A model generated the notes under the pieces. It saw nothing but the letters and a program-made list of their open reading frames with translations. It did not search any database and was not told the DNA's origin. From the human T2T-CHM13v2.0 reference genome, Homo sapiens, in NCBI RefSeq assembly GCF_009914755.1, contig NC_060933.1: a DNA stretch of 64,000 nucleotides; one strand, given 5' to 3'. Shown here in pieces: positions 29,164 to 44,189 of the stretch. How positions within the stretch are numbered: position 1 is the first letter of the stretch; every line of letters begins with the position of its first letter. A program made the translations under genes and the position numbers.

Positions 29164-29904
29164 CCTACATAGTTCACACCCACAAGTTACCACTCCTAAC
29201 TGGCTTTAGACAAGTCACTCCATTTTCTCTGTCCTCCAGTTTCCTCATTTGTAGGAGGAAAACTTGACAAAACAACCTAAATTCCCTCTTTCCACCAACA
29301 TTTTGGAAGAGACAGAGGTACTTAGCACAGTTTATTAGTCCTAGGAGGTTAGTTAACTTGATAAACTAATCACTGCTATATTTTTAATGAATCCCTCTAC
29401 CAAATATGTTTGTTCTATTTGGCAACATTCTTATACTTCAAAAAGGTTTTCAAGAACATAATGAGTATACTCAAATAATGGGCTCTGAGGGTGGAATTTC
29501 AGTTTTATGGAGAGTGATACTCTGTATAGGATAGGCATGTGGGTTCTTTTCTCTTTTCCTTCCAACATAAATTACAGAGAAGAGAGAGGGCTTCAGAGGT
29601 ATGGGAATTCAGGTTGCATATCATGTGTTATCCTGTGAGCAAGAATGAAATGGATTCTGTTGACATTAGTGGACTGAGAGTTTTAGCTCCAGTAATCTCC
29701 TCTTAATCCAAGAGTAAGGTGACTTTATACGTGTAGATAAGGGCAGATACTACTTAAGGAGGGCCTGTGTGAGCAGAGATAAAGAGCATCCTCAGAGCCA
29801 TGCCCACTTGTAAGTCCAAGCCCCAGAGTTAGCACTTATCTCTCTTAGACTCCTTGACTGCAGCCCGCCCATTGGGAGACGCTCAGTCTTTGCAAGACTT
29901 GCAT

Positions 29905-30107
29905 GCCCAGTAGATTAGCCAGAGGACATAAGTGGCTATTTAAATTTAAATTAATGAAAAATTAAGTAAAATTAAAAATTCAATTCTTCCTCCACTTTAG
30001 CTGTATTTCAAGTGCTTAATAGCCAGTGGCTAGTGTCCATAATATTGGACAGCATATATAGATAAAAACTCCATCGCTGCAGAAAGTTCTGTTGGGCAGT
30101 GCTATTC
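29905..30107. mobile_element. MER3 (hAT-Charlie)
   Basis: gtggctatttaaatttaaattaa...atttcaagtgcttaatagcca...gcagaaagttctgttgggcagtgct. Confidence 0.75.
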
Positions 30108-31699
30108 TGTATGAAGCCATATTTGTGATATTTTGGTGCACGAAAGTCCTGACAACACTTTTTTCACTGGCAATAGAAGATAGCTTCTTCCTCTCCAAGC
30201 TCTTGCTCAGTGCTAGATAGCTGACTATGGGATATGTAGAATAGAAGAAAGTTAGTTTCATGTCCCAATTCACCCTTGCTCATTCTCAAAACTGTACAGT
30301 AAGACTTAAGAAGCCTTAAATAAATATATCACATGTATAGCCTCCTTTAAAATGATGTGCTTGTTCAGGCATCATTTTAAAGGATCATTGTGTAGCTGAA
30401 TGAATGATAATGTAGATTCAAGTTTTGCTTCTAATACTATTAACTAATTATTTCTGTCAATTATCAATAAATGCCCATAAGCTTATATAACATTGTAAAT
30501 AAATTCATTATCCACATGTATCCCTAGGCCTCACCTCTTATTAAACTAGTTGTAAGTTCATTTCATTTCTTCAGTAATGTTTTGATCTAGAAAGACATTT
30601 AATATATTTTCAGGTTTTCTACTGGTTAAATACTATGGGCGCATTTTCTTCCCATTTATATCTCATTTTCATTTTTAATCTGAACCATTTCTCCTTCATT
30701 GACCTCAGTCAGAAAGATCTCCTACGTTTTTAGGAGCAGTGATAATAATAAAGCTGAAAATTCATTTGGGGGAACATATTCTGGACACTTGATCAATAGA
30801 GTCAAAGATTTTTGTTTACCATGTCTTTCCCCTTTTCCATGCATGTTATAGCAGAAAAGAACAAAAATTGTAACTCTGATGTTACAAAAATATTCCTTTC
30901 CAAGGAATTCAACAAGACTATGAAGAAGCTCCTCTATGAGAAAGTTGTATTTTGAGTGAGCTGAGTCGCTAACAAAGGCCAAGAGGAAGGGACTGGGGAC
31001 AGAGCTTTTACCAAACACCATCTTGTGTTAATTCTAAGAGTAAACTAAATGTTTTAATCACTGAATAATGATGGAAGAGAGGGAGCCATTTATATAGGCA
31101 TAAGAAAAACCAGGGAGACTCTTGAAGACCCATAGAAAATTGCAGTGAGTGAACCCAGACTTGCCAAAGCTTTAACTAGCTTTTGAGAAGCCAATTGTAA
31201 GTCTACACTGCAGCATTCAGTGAAGAACTTTTTCTCTTTTAACCCAAATGTATTTTCATTTAAACTCCAAAGCTTGGAAGGAAAAGATCTTAGTAGCAAA
31301 CTCCATGTTTTACTCACATTACCTAAATACACTTTTCTTTCTCTCAAAACCTTTCTTCATTTTGATGCAGTCAATAACTCAGATAATTGCCTCAAGTAAA
31401 GAAAGTTTCAGAGATGCAGATTTCAGTTAACATGGTCACTGGTAAAGATAGCCAAATTCTTGTTAGCTAAGGAGCTTGAGTTATCATGAATTTTAATAAA
31501 TAACATGGATAATAATACATATCAGACACCAGAAATGTTTGTATTTTTGCTGTTTTGCTATTTTCCCTTGCTTTTTCTGAAACTTCAGTACAGTTGGCTT
31601 ATACTCCTCCCTTCAAAGCACCTCGAAATCATTGCTCTGTACAATGTCCTTCTCTTCTATTATTTTATTTTGCATCTGTGTTTCTAAGACCACAAATTT

Positions 31700-32290
31700 C
31701 CCACGCCTCTTTACTCTCCTGCAGGCACCTGAGTTTTAATGCATCTTTATAAAATACATCATGCTATATTATATATGATTATGTTTTAATTTTTATAATT
31801 ATAATGGTCTAAAATTAATTCATTTCATTAAGGAACATTTTCATAATCAAGCCATGTTGTTATTGGTACATTAGTTTATAGCTTCTATCTGCTTCATAAC
31901 ATCCCAAATTATTCACAAACATTTTGTCTCTCCATTCTCTCGGTAATAGCCATCTAGGTCATAGCTTGCATTCATACAGACACCAAAATACATATCCTTA
32001 TACATGTCTGTTACGGACTTGTCTCTGTAATGTTATTGTCTCTGTTAATTATGTTTATGTTAATGTCTCTGTTATGAAAATGTCTCTGTAATACATGCCA
32101 AGGAGGGAGATGTCTGAGTCACAGGACATATTTATACCCAATTTTATTAATTATAATCAGACTGTTTTTGATATCATTTTATATTCTCATCACTGGGAAT
32201 TAATATGCCAGTCTCACCCTACATTTGCTCACAATTGATATTATGTCTCTTTTTGCTTTTTTTCTGCCAATCTGATAGGCTTAAAGGAGT
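31700..32290 (-). mobile_element. Old L1M (L1ME-type) fragment
   Basis: AT-rich antisense L1M motifs (tctgagtcacagga, ttttctgccaatctgatagg). Confidence 0.5.
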
Positions 32291-33834
32291 TTGTAAATGG
32301 AAGACAGAAAATTACATTAATTATGCATACAAATGTAAAAATTCAATGCAGTATTGTTAACTTTATTTGAGTCACAATATATAAGCTAGAATTCTTTGGT
32401 TGCAATCAACAAATTGATTCTGGATAACTTTTAATTTTAAAGTAATCAAAGTAGAAGCTGAGAAAATCAGTTTGAAAAATGACAGAAACTGAAGAGAAAT
32501 CCAGAGATTGGGGTAGCAGAAGACAATGGAGAGCTTCTTTAGGATTCTCTTAACCAGAAGGATGACCTCTAACTATTGCCAGTCTTAGACTCGGTCACCA
32601 CTCTAAGGAGTCATATCTCAAAGAGAAATTGATTGGTCCATTTTGGGACATGCGCACAAGAATAAAGCCCTTTTATTGATGATACTATCAAGTCTGTACC
32701 CAGTAGTACATGACTCAAGTAAAATTGGAGTACAACTACCAGAATAATAAGAAACAGATGATGGAGTTTTAAAAATGAAACACAAAGAATACATAGAACT
32801 TAAAGAGAATGTACAAATAATATTTAAATGACTTAAATGCAATTTACTGAGTGCCTACAAAACTCTCTATGCTTTGAGAATTCAAGGTAGACAGTCTGAT
32901 ATCTGGAGAGCTTAAGATCTTTTTGAGTGGCATGTAATATCTAATGAAACATGCTTGGTAAAGTGACATGATTCACCTAGTCTAAGTTTTAATTTTGTAA
33001 TAATGAGTTTATTAATAATTATTAATTAAATTTTTTGTATTAGCGCTATTAGGGAGGAACTGTGGGCTTCTTCCATTTGTGAAATAGCCTCCTTTTTGTA
33101 GATTGCCCACCCATATTTGACTTTAGTCATAAACTCTTTCCAACTAAAAGGGTGAATTTCACAAGTCTATATAGATTAGATGTTTATGTGCTTCTGAGGA
33201 CAACATGACAAAACAAAACATACAAACAAAATGAGCTTTGATTTAGACATTTGTTTAAAGACAAAGGGGAGCACAAGCTGTTACTAGATGGCTCTATTTG
33301 ATAGATAGGCCAATGAGCACCTAATCCTGAATAACAGAGGAAAATGATATAGGAACTGTGGCTTAATGATCTCTGAATCACCATCTCATAAATGGCATGC
33401 TCATCTCAGCTTTATTTATGAATCTCTTCCTAATCTAGGCAGAGAACTGTTGATGAAGGTCCCAGGATCTGGTCAAATGAGTTATGTGTCTGGAGTTAGA
33501 ATAACTCTGTTATTTAGAGCAATGAGCCCTTGAAAAAGACACTTTACCTTCTTTACAAGCTCGATTCTCTCCTCTGCTCTACCCTCACTCAGGGTTGCTG
33601 GGAGGTGCCAATGAGTTAATGAAAGTGGTTGTATTTTGCTGACAGAACAGTGAGGATTAATATTAGCTCTGACGATAAATGTGGGCTCTTATTAATGAAT
33701 TCAAAGAGTTCCCAGTATGATTGGAGATCATGATGGTCACATGTGGCATAACACAAGTAGAATGCATGAATACATGTCATTAAATGACATCCTGTAAATT
33801 ACGAGAGACTTAAGAATTAGAAGAAGAAATAGTT

Positions 33835-34309
<475 letters not shown>

Positions 34310-34532
34310 TCAGCTGGTGAACATAGATGATGTCATTAGAAAGTGTACTGTTTTCAATTTATAATGCCTCTCTTAGAAAAACGAGAGGCATTAATAAATC
34401 CATGGTCAAATAGAATAAATTCATATTCTCCTAAGAGAGCTTCTTTCCCCATCCAATTTATCACCTGAAGTTCTCATGAAAGCAAGGATGGGGTGGGGGA
34501 GTGAGTTTTCTTTGTATTGTCAAATAGATACT

Positions 34533-34820
<288 letters not shown>

Positions 34821-34940
34821 TCAGACTGACCTTCTCCAAAACATTTGAAAAGAAGATTTATAAGTCTAAACAGATTGCCTAGATTCTGGCAAACAGATTG
34901 GAGGAAAAAATAATATCTAGCCTTAAACTTAGAAGGGAAA

Positions 34941-35095
34941 GCTGGGCATGGTGGCACACCTGTACCCCCAGCTACTCAGTAGGCAGGGGTGAGAGGATCA
35001 CTTGAGGTCATGAGTTTGAGGCTGCAGTGAGCTATGATTGCACCACAGCACTCCAGCCTGGGCAACAGAGTGAGATCTTATCTCATAATAAAATA
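34941..35095 (+). mobile_element. FRAM / AluJ right monomer
   Basis: gaggatcacttgagg...gaggctgcagtgagctatgattgcacc. Confidence 0.85.
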
Positions 35096-36205
35096 AGTGA
35101 GTAACTATGGTTATGATAAAACAAGAGTCAGCACCCTATATATGGTCCACAAGTCAAAACTCAAAACCCCATATTTGTATCATATGCAAGTGTGGAGTCT
35201 GAATTTGTATCATCCATGTTGTACTAGAATAGTGAGATCAGAAACTAACATTAAAAAACCTGGTTGAGGACCGATGAACACTTTGATCTTCAAAATAATC
35301 AAATGAAAACCACTTTATAGCCACTTCCAAAACCACTGTTCATGGGCATCCATGGAGAATAAAAATATTTTGGTAACGATAACAAAAAAATAAAGAAAAT
35401 TGCAAACCAATCCTTTTAAAGGAAAGTAAGAAAATAAAAATATAGGAGAAATAGCATCTCATGAACTTGAGAAAAAAGAAAAATCTGAGAATGGCTATAA
35501 GGTAAGCGTAATTAAAATAAGTAGAGATAATAATGGAAACCACAATAAAATTACTGAAGTCTCTATGAAACGAAGTCATTACATTGAAAGAGAAACAAAT
35601 TTTGCCTTGAAGTGAACAATTTAGTCCTGAAATTATTAAAGCAATACACATAAAAACCAAATGTATAAATTTACTCACAAATTTTAAAATTATTTAAGCA
35701 ATCCGTGAATATAAAGATTATTATGTTTAGTGTGTAAATTGTTTTAATCTTATATTTTGATCCATAGGTTATGACGTTTAAAACACATGTGGGTGGAAGA
35801 GAGAGAGTTTTAAATATAATTTATGTCATATTAAGGTTTTATCTATACTTTGAAGTTTTTATGTAACCGCAATTGGTAGTGAATATCTTCTGATATTAGC
35901 TCATATAACATTTGTTCATTTGTTTTAAAAATTGCACAATAATTTATTTGAATTTTCTTCTACTGATAAACTGTTACTCTTTCTTGGTATTATAAGCAAT
36001 ATTGCAAAGATTGCACAACCTTGTGTGCACACATTTTGTGCTTTGCTAAAGGCAAATATACTAGAAGAATAATTGTTTGTCAAAGAATATGCACCTTTAA
36101 GTTTTTGATCCTTACAAATTATCCGCAAAAAAAGTCACTCATCCTACCTAGCTGAGGAAGATCCAATTCATATCTGTCTTAATTAGGTGGATTCTGAATA
36201 AGCTT

Positions 36206-36209
<4 letters not shown>

Positions 36210-36249
<40 letters not shown>
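36210..36249. repeat. Pure A40 mononucleotide run
   Basis: 40 consecutive A, with no Alu or young L1 body immediately upstream. Confidence 0.95.
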
Positions 36250-36251
<2 letters not shown>

Positions 36252-37593
36252 TATTCCAGGTCCCAAAGTAATTTGAGAAGATATCAAACCAAATAAACTT
36301 AAAGTCTTCCAGCTTTGGCAGAGTTGACGGTGATTGAGGAATGAAGTCAGAAATCCGCTCTTCTCCGCATCTCTGATTGAATATCTGTGATTTAAAAAAC
36401 CACAAAGCATGCTTTCTCAATGGTGCCTTTTAGCATCTACCAGTTAATATACCAGCCTTATGTCTTTGGGCTTTTCTGCCATCTCCTGTGCTCTGCACTG
36501 TTCAGTAAGCTCCAGAGAGCCTTCTCCTCGACCATTACCACCAATGTGCTTTGAGTTGTGCACCTGCATCTCCTTTTCCAGACACAAGGGACTCCTGCTT
36601 GGCCATTGTGGATGGTTTCACACTAGCTAAAGCTAACCAATATCCCTCTAAGGAGTAGATAATCTAAGGTGGTTTAGGAACCAATAAAGGATGGCAAATC
36701 ACTTTATGGAAATTAGCTATTAATTATTTATTCATTGACAATTTGACTGCAATCCAGCAGGTGTCTTGATAGGATGAAGATGACTTGGTAAGTGGATTTT
36801 TTTCCCTGTCTATAAGACAGGTTCAGCATATCCCTCCCAAAATCCACCTGAAATTAACTAATTTGAAGCGGCTATGAGAAAGAACTAGTCCATCTCCTCC
36901 ACGATGAGCAATCTTGGTAAAAAATGTTGTTATTCCTTTATTCACGTATTGAATGATTCTCTTCCTCTGCTGATGAATTATTTATGGAAGAAACAGGAAA
37001 AATGACTAATTAAAAAGAGAAAAAACATAAAATAATCTGATGTGAGGTCATACTTTAACCTTTCTTCCTTTACCAATTTCCTGGAAGGAAGGCAGTGTGG
37101 TATTATGAAAAAAATAAATAAATTTTGAGCAGGCTGACCTGGGCTTGAACTAAAATGCTACCAGTTATTGGCTGTATGACCCCAACAAATCAATTAACCT
37201 CTCTGAACCTCAACTGCTTCATATGCAAATATTGGGATATTCAAATCTTGAATGAAAAGTGAAAATATAATGTGTGTGCCTGGAAAATTGTCAGTTTTTT
37301 ATAAATGACAGAGAAGATGGTCATTATGCAGCAAACTGTTCTTTGAAGTATCCTAGAAAGCTAATCTCCAACTATCTGGAGTCTGAGGGCATTTGGCAGT
37401 TTACAAACTGTCCACAGGCCTATTTACATATTGTTTCACTGAAGAAGCTTGGAGTGATTAATTTAGAAACTGCTCAATAACCTTATCAATCTCCCCCCAG
37501 TATTGAAAGTCTTCTTAAATAAATGGACTGCAAATTCAAGCTTTAGAGACACAGAACTTGCCCCTTTTTCCTTTAACCTGATCATTGGAATCA

Positions 37594-37973
<380 letters not shown>

Positions 37974-38809
37974 TTATGATAATAATGGCATTCCAGTATC
38001 TTAGACTTATAAGAATCTGATTATTACTAATTATTAAGTGTCTATACATAAGAAGCAAAGAAAACATGGGCAGTAATACTCTAGCCCTTAGCTTGATATA
38101 TTGGTTTCAGTTTATTTCCTAATTTAATATTTTAAGTTCTACTAGCAAAAAACCAGGTGGTGATGGTAAATTCTTTTTCCTTTTTCTTTTTTCTCCACTA
38201 TCTTTTTCTTCCTTCCATCCTTCTGATGCTCCTTTTCTTTCTCATGGAGTTGAAATTGTTTTGTTAAAATCCAAAAGGGGGCAAAAAGAACAAAATAATT
38301 CAGTGATTTTTGGCTTGTAAAACATTTCACACTTATTTTTGTCCATGATCCAACTTCTTCCCATCTCTCTAGCCTAATCTTCCACCATTTTCCTATGCAG
38401 GCTATTTGATTTGCGAGAACAGAAAGGGTTCCTGGTTTATCAAACATTACATTGTAATAGATCCCTCCCAAGCACTGAAGCCATATAGGCAATAAACTTC
38501 ATTTCAGGTTCCCTGAATCTCATTAATGGTTAGTTCAACGTGAAACACAAAGTCCAGAGGGAGACAGCATCTGTGGACCCATGTAAAATCTGAGAGAAGA
38601 GAAAAGGCAATGTTGATCCCCAGAGCAGGAAGAAATTGTGAGAAATACACACTGTTTAGTAGGGCACACGCTCCCACCCACCTCCTATGAGGAATGAGGA
38701 TTGGAGCTGAGAATACCTGCTCCCCTACTGTTCTTTCCACGTCTGAAACCTGTCCCATGTCTCCCCTGGGGAAAATAAAAGAATCTGAGATTTTCATAGA
38801 GAGGACAGA

Positions 38810-39100
38810 CCGACGAGAGTGAGAGAGTAAGAAAGCAGAGAGAGAGAGAGAGAGAATCAAAAGAAAACAATAAGAAGAGAGATAATAATCAAGACAGAGA
38901 AAAGCAGGCAGAGAGAAAGAGAAGAGATAAAAAGCCAGAAAGAAAAGAAAATTCAAAGAAAAGAGGGAGAAAAAGATGGAGAAAGACATAGACATTAAAA
39001 AGAGGGAGTGAGAGAGAGGGGGGAGGGAGGGAGGGAGAGAGAGAGAGAGAAAACAAGGGTGAGGGAGAGAGATCACAATATAAAATAAAGAAAAGTAGAA
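38810..39100. repeat. GA-rich polypurine low-complexity tract
   Basis: About 290 nt mostly A/G, including (GA)n and (GGGA)n. Confidence 0.85.
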
Positions 39101-39931
39101 TCATTTAGATTTTTGGGAAAGATGGTAAGTGCTACTGTGAAGGGTCAAGGAAAATAATACTGTGTCAAAGTTGACATCAGATTAAATTAGAAAACTTGGG
39201 ATGAAATCATGGTAAAATTAAACCTAATGGAATAGAAAGAGGAGAAGAGAGGGAGGCACCAGACAGATGGTGATGAGGGCAGAGGGCAATGAGGAATTGA
39301 GGGAAAAAAAGCTAACAAAGGCATGGACATGAACTTAAAACTGGAGAAGAGAAGCTCCTGAAGTCTCTGGAAATGCTTGGGTCTGAGACCCGAGAAGCAG
39401 TGTAAAGAGAAAGTAAAGTCAAATACACACCCTGGAAGGTCTTGGGGCTTGGACGATGTGTTTAGCTGCATCATGGGGTAAGGAGAAAGGAGATCTGGAC
39501 TCTGAGATTGGTCCTCTCATTCATGAACGGTGTGACCAGGGAACATTGATAAACACTGGGGAGCTTTGTTTCTTTATCTGTGAAAGGTGATGGAGAGCCT
39601 AGGTAGGCTGAAATGGTTTTGAAATCTTACAGCCGAGGTGGAGCATCCAAGATGGGTGGAAACTCAGGATGGGAGGAAGCTCAGGTTTGTAGACAACATG
39701 ATAAACTTAGCTGTGACAAGAGCCCTCATGTCTGGAAAGCCCTCGCCAAAAAGGGCTTTGTAGTTGACACTGGAATAGTGGAAAGAAAGCTAGACTCTCT
39801 GCTTTGATCTCTGCCAGAAACTAGCTAGTCCCTTGACTGGTCTTTGCCTCTCTTTCCTCATGCATGCAATGTACATGTAGGTTTCTGTGTGGGGGTGAGG
39901 AGATGAGAGGTAGATGAGTTGAACCAAATTG

Positions 39932-40068
39932 TTTTTCTTTTTTTTATACACTTCAAGTTCTAGGGTACATGTGCACAAGGTGCAGGTTTGTTACATATGT
40001 ATACATGTGCCATGTTGGTGTGATGCACCCATTAACTCATCATTTACATTAGGTATATCTCCTAATGC
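39932..40068 (-). mobile_element. Very short L1PA 3'-end insertion
   Basis: Poly(T) followed by ctagggtacatgtgcacaaggtgcaggtttgttacatatg...ctcctaatgc. Confidence 0.9.
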
Positions 40069-41739
40069 CTATTCAAATGCCTCTTGGGGCAAGGCAGCTT
40101 GTAGAGAGGCCAGGTGGGAACTGAGGAGAACTAGGAGTGTCATGCCCCTCCTCAAAGAGGTGGTTTATCTGACTGTTCCCAATAATGTAGGTTTATGAGA
40201 GTCAAACATTACGAGATCTTCTAATGTTTTCAAGAGAAGCTTGACTGCCTGATTTGCCTGCAAAATGCAATGGCTAAGCAAAGGCTCAGTGAGGATTTCA
40301 ACCTAACAGAATATGACTGGAGCCACCAGGTTGCAGCACGCAACGTCAGGAATACATACTCCTTCAACATGGCTGTTCCATGTTCTCAGTTCTGGGATTC
40401 TATAATATAGGGAATGGTGAATTCTTAGGTAAGAAAATAAAAGACACAAAAGTAAATGATAGAGTGAGGGAAGGAGGGAAGATGGCTCATGCCATTTTCT
40501 CTTCTAGCTTTGATTTTGCTCCCATGTTTGACTGGTTTAATCCTCCCAATTTCAGTTCAAAGCTACTAGAAGCAGTGCCTCTTTAATGCCACTCACGTCC
40601 CCTTCTCTTCTATCCTTGTCTATGTCCTTTCCCTCCCACAGCCTCTCCCCAACCCCGTTTTTAAGTCCATCACTCTTTCTCATTCCATCCCTCTGCTTTT
40701 TGTCCTTGTTCCTCCAGACTTGGAGCCCTGGGGTGGCATCACCCCTGGTATCTGAAGGCAAGTGACTTTCTACTATATGAGAAGTTAAAAGTATTTCTGT
40801 GGTGGGGATATTTAATCATATGAATCCTTGATAGGAATAGTTCTTTTTATGTCTTCCAGTAATAAATCCAGACTGTATCTTATCACCGATCGCAGAAGAG
40901 AAGAAAATTAACCAGCTGAGAGTGTGACTAGAAATGAAACCCACAGAAAAGGGAGTGAAAAAGAGACCACTTTATCTATGTGCGCACAAAGTGTGGTAAC
41001 ACAGAATCAGTGAGCAATGGGGAAAAGCACTATTCTTGGGCACTCCTTCCTCATCAATCTGCAACACCTCTTAAAATGCTTGAGCTTTTTCCTTTTTCTA
41101 AAAATCATCTTATTTTTGCCCCTTTATCATTCTTACCCTACCTCCATGGAACTTTTTGATTATTACCCTTTTCTTGCTGAGAAAGATCTCCTTAATCATG
41201 TTTTCTTGTTTTCTCACTTTCTCTAGCTTCTGCTTCTCTCTCAAAAGGTTTTGTTGTTGCTTTTTGCTTCTCCACCAGATAGTACACTATGTACAGTCAG
41301 AGGAGTGTGTGCCTCATTCACCACTGTATCCTCTGTGTTTATGGTATGCATGGCACATAATGGGTACTCAGTATTCTGCCTAAATTTGTCTCACTGTCAT
41401 ACATACACAAGCAGAATAGGTACATTGATGAGCTTCTCGCCTTTCTCTCTCAGCTTATCAAGAACATACTGTACTTCTAAAAATGCTATATCTAATATAC
41501 ATGGCTTTCCCTTTCTAAGCCCTTTGAGGGTGGATTCCAAGCCCTACATTTCCTCTACTGCACTGGAACAGTTGTTAATTCATAACAGAGGCTCAGTTTT
41601 ATACCAAATTTCCTGGGAGTAAAATTACTCGGATTCTAACCCAAGCTGTTAACCTCTCATCATCCATGTTTGCTTGACCAAGGTATTACAACTCTCTGAA
41701 GCTCAGTTTTCCCTTCTTCAACATGAAAGCCTAGAAAAT

Positions 41740-42440
<701 letters not shown>

Positions 42441-44189
42441 TGAACAATTTTTAGTCTGAACTCTAGATAATTCCTTCCAAGAAAGCAAAAAGAACACGTG
42501 GCTCTGCTCCATTGTTCAAGAGTGTATTGTTCTTAGGACCAGGAAGAGAAAACAGGCCTAAATGCAATGCACTATTAAGTCATGATGTAACAGCAATCCC
42601 TCACATAAATATCTTACTGGGAAGAAACGCTGCCAGAAACAGCAGAGAAATTGGAACTGCGGAGAGATGTAGGAGCTGAAAAGACATCAGAAACCAAATC
42701 TACGGCCTCTCTCGAAGTCATGTTCCTGTCGTGGCATTCTGTCTTTCGCATAAAGTGAAACCTTAAACAACAAACCTTGACAATTTTATTCGGGATCAGA
42801 CACTTTAGGATTGGACAAGAGCAGCTTGAGATGAGAAAGTATGAGTCCAAATTGGAGAAGAATTAAAAGTAAGTTATTTGGGTATGGGCAACATAAAGGA
42901 AACAGTGCTGAAAAGGAGATTGCAAGTTGGAGTTTCAGCCTCCATCACCCAACACCAGAGTACAAACCCTGCCTCCATCCTTATCTGCACTTCTGTAAAA
43001 CTCTTTTTCTTTCCCATACATACATTTCTCTTTCTACTTTTCTTGTTTTGCTCTCCTCCTGTCTTGCAGAGACTTTGGCATGTTTATTTCTAATACTTGA
43101 AGAAAAGGAATTTTTTATTTCAGATGCATATTCTCCTTTACTGTCAACACACTTAAAAGAACATATTCAATACATCAAAGGTACCAACTAATTGCAGAAA
43201 AAAAATACAAAGTAGACAAATGCATCTTTTCAGATATGTTTTTCTTCTCTGATTAGAAAAAAAAGTGTATATAAGTATGCAATGATGCATTTAAAAACCT
43301 ACATCTCTTCATTTACTTTTTCTTTCCCCAGTCAATATTATCTGTTTTCAAAGTGACACTTCTTGTGATAGCAAGAAATCAAAATCCACCCAAATGGGTA
43401 AAAAGGTAGTTTTTTTTTTATGGTCATACAATGGATTATTATATATCAACTAAAACAAACAATAAACAATAAACAACAATATGCACTGCTTTGACTTATA
43501 AACAATGCAAAATTTAATAAGATTTTACTCTGTTTTTTCCATCCTGCCCCAACTTTCCATTCCACCATAGCACTCAGCAGATCTTATGAGAAAAATCAGC
43601 CTAGCATTTGAGGCACTTCCAGATTCTGTTCCCTCATGCTAACCCATGTGGCTGTAAGAAGTTCCACTGCTTTTTTTTTCCTATCCTTGGAAAAGTCTCT
43701 CTGCCTACTGCAAGCTTTATGTCCAGCCTGTGCTTAGACTCAGAAAATGCCCTCAGTGAATAATGCGGGAAGTCTACTCATTTAGGAAGAGCTCTTTTCT
43801 GTTTGGATTTCAATTCTTCTATACTCCTTACCTAAACACATTTCTGATCACTTTTTAAAAATATATTACTTTTGTAGCATTTGCCTCCCACACCCAAGTG
43901 GTTCCAGCAAGAACAATAGTTTGCTGCTAACTTCTACTCCTTAACCAGAAGTAGAAGTATTATCAGGTTTGAGTTTCAGTTCTTCTACTTATCAGCTCTA
44001 TAAACTTGGGCAAAAATCTATGAAGCTCAGTTCCTCATCTTGAAAATTGAGATGGTGAGCACACCTCCTCCATAGGGCTAGTAGGAAGTGCAATGCAATA
44101 CTATATGCAATAGCTTCTCAATGATGGCTGGCATATGATAAGAATTTTTAAAAATGGCATCTATAGACTTATTGAGATATTATACAACC

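Noticed and set aside
36210-36249. Possible identity with the MSI marker BAT-40
   Set aside because: Flanks do not match the BAT-40/HSD3B context as I recall it, and no HSD3B exons are present.
38504-39076. 190-aa hydrophobic ORF
   Set aside because: Translation of a TC-rich low-complexity tract.
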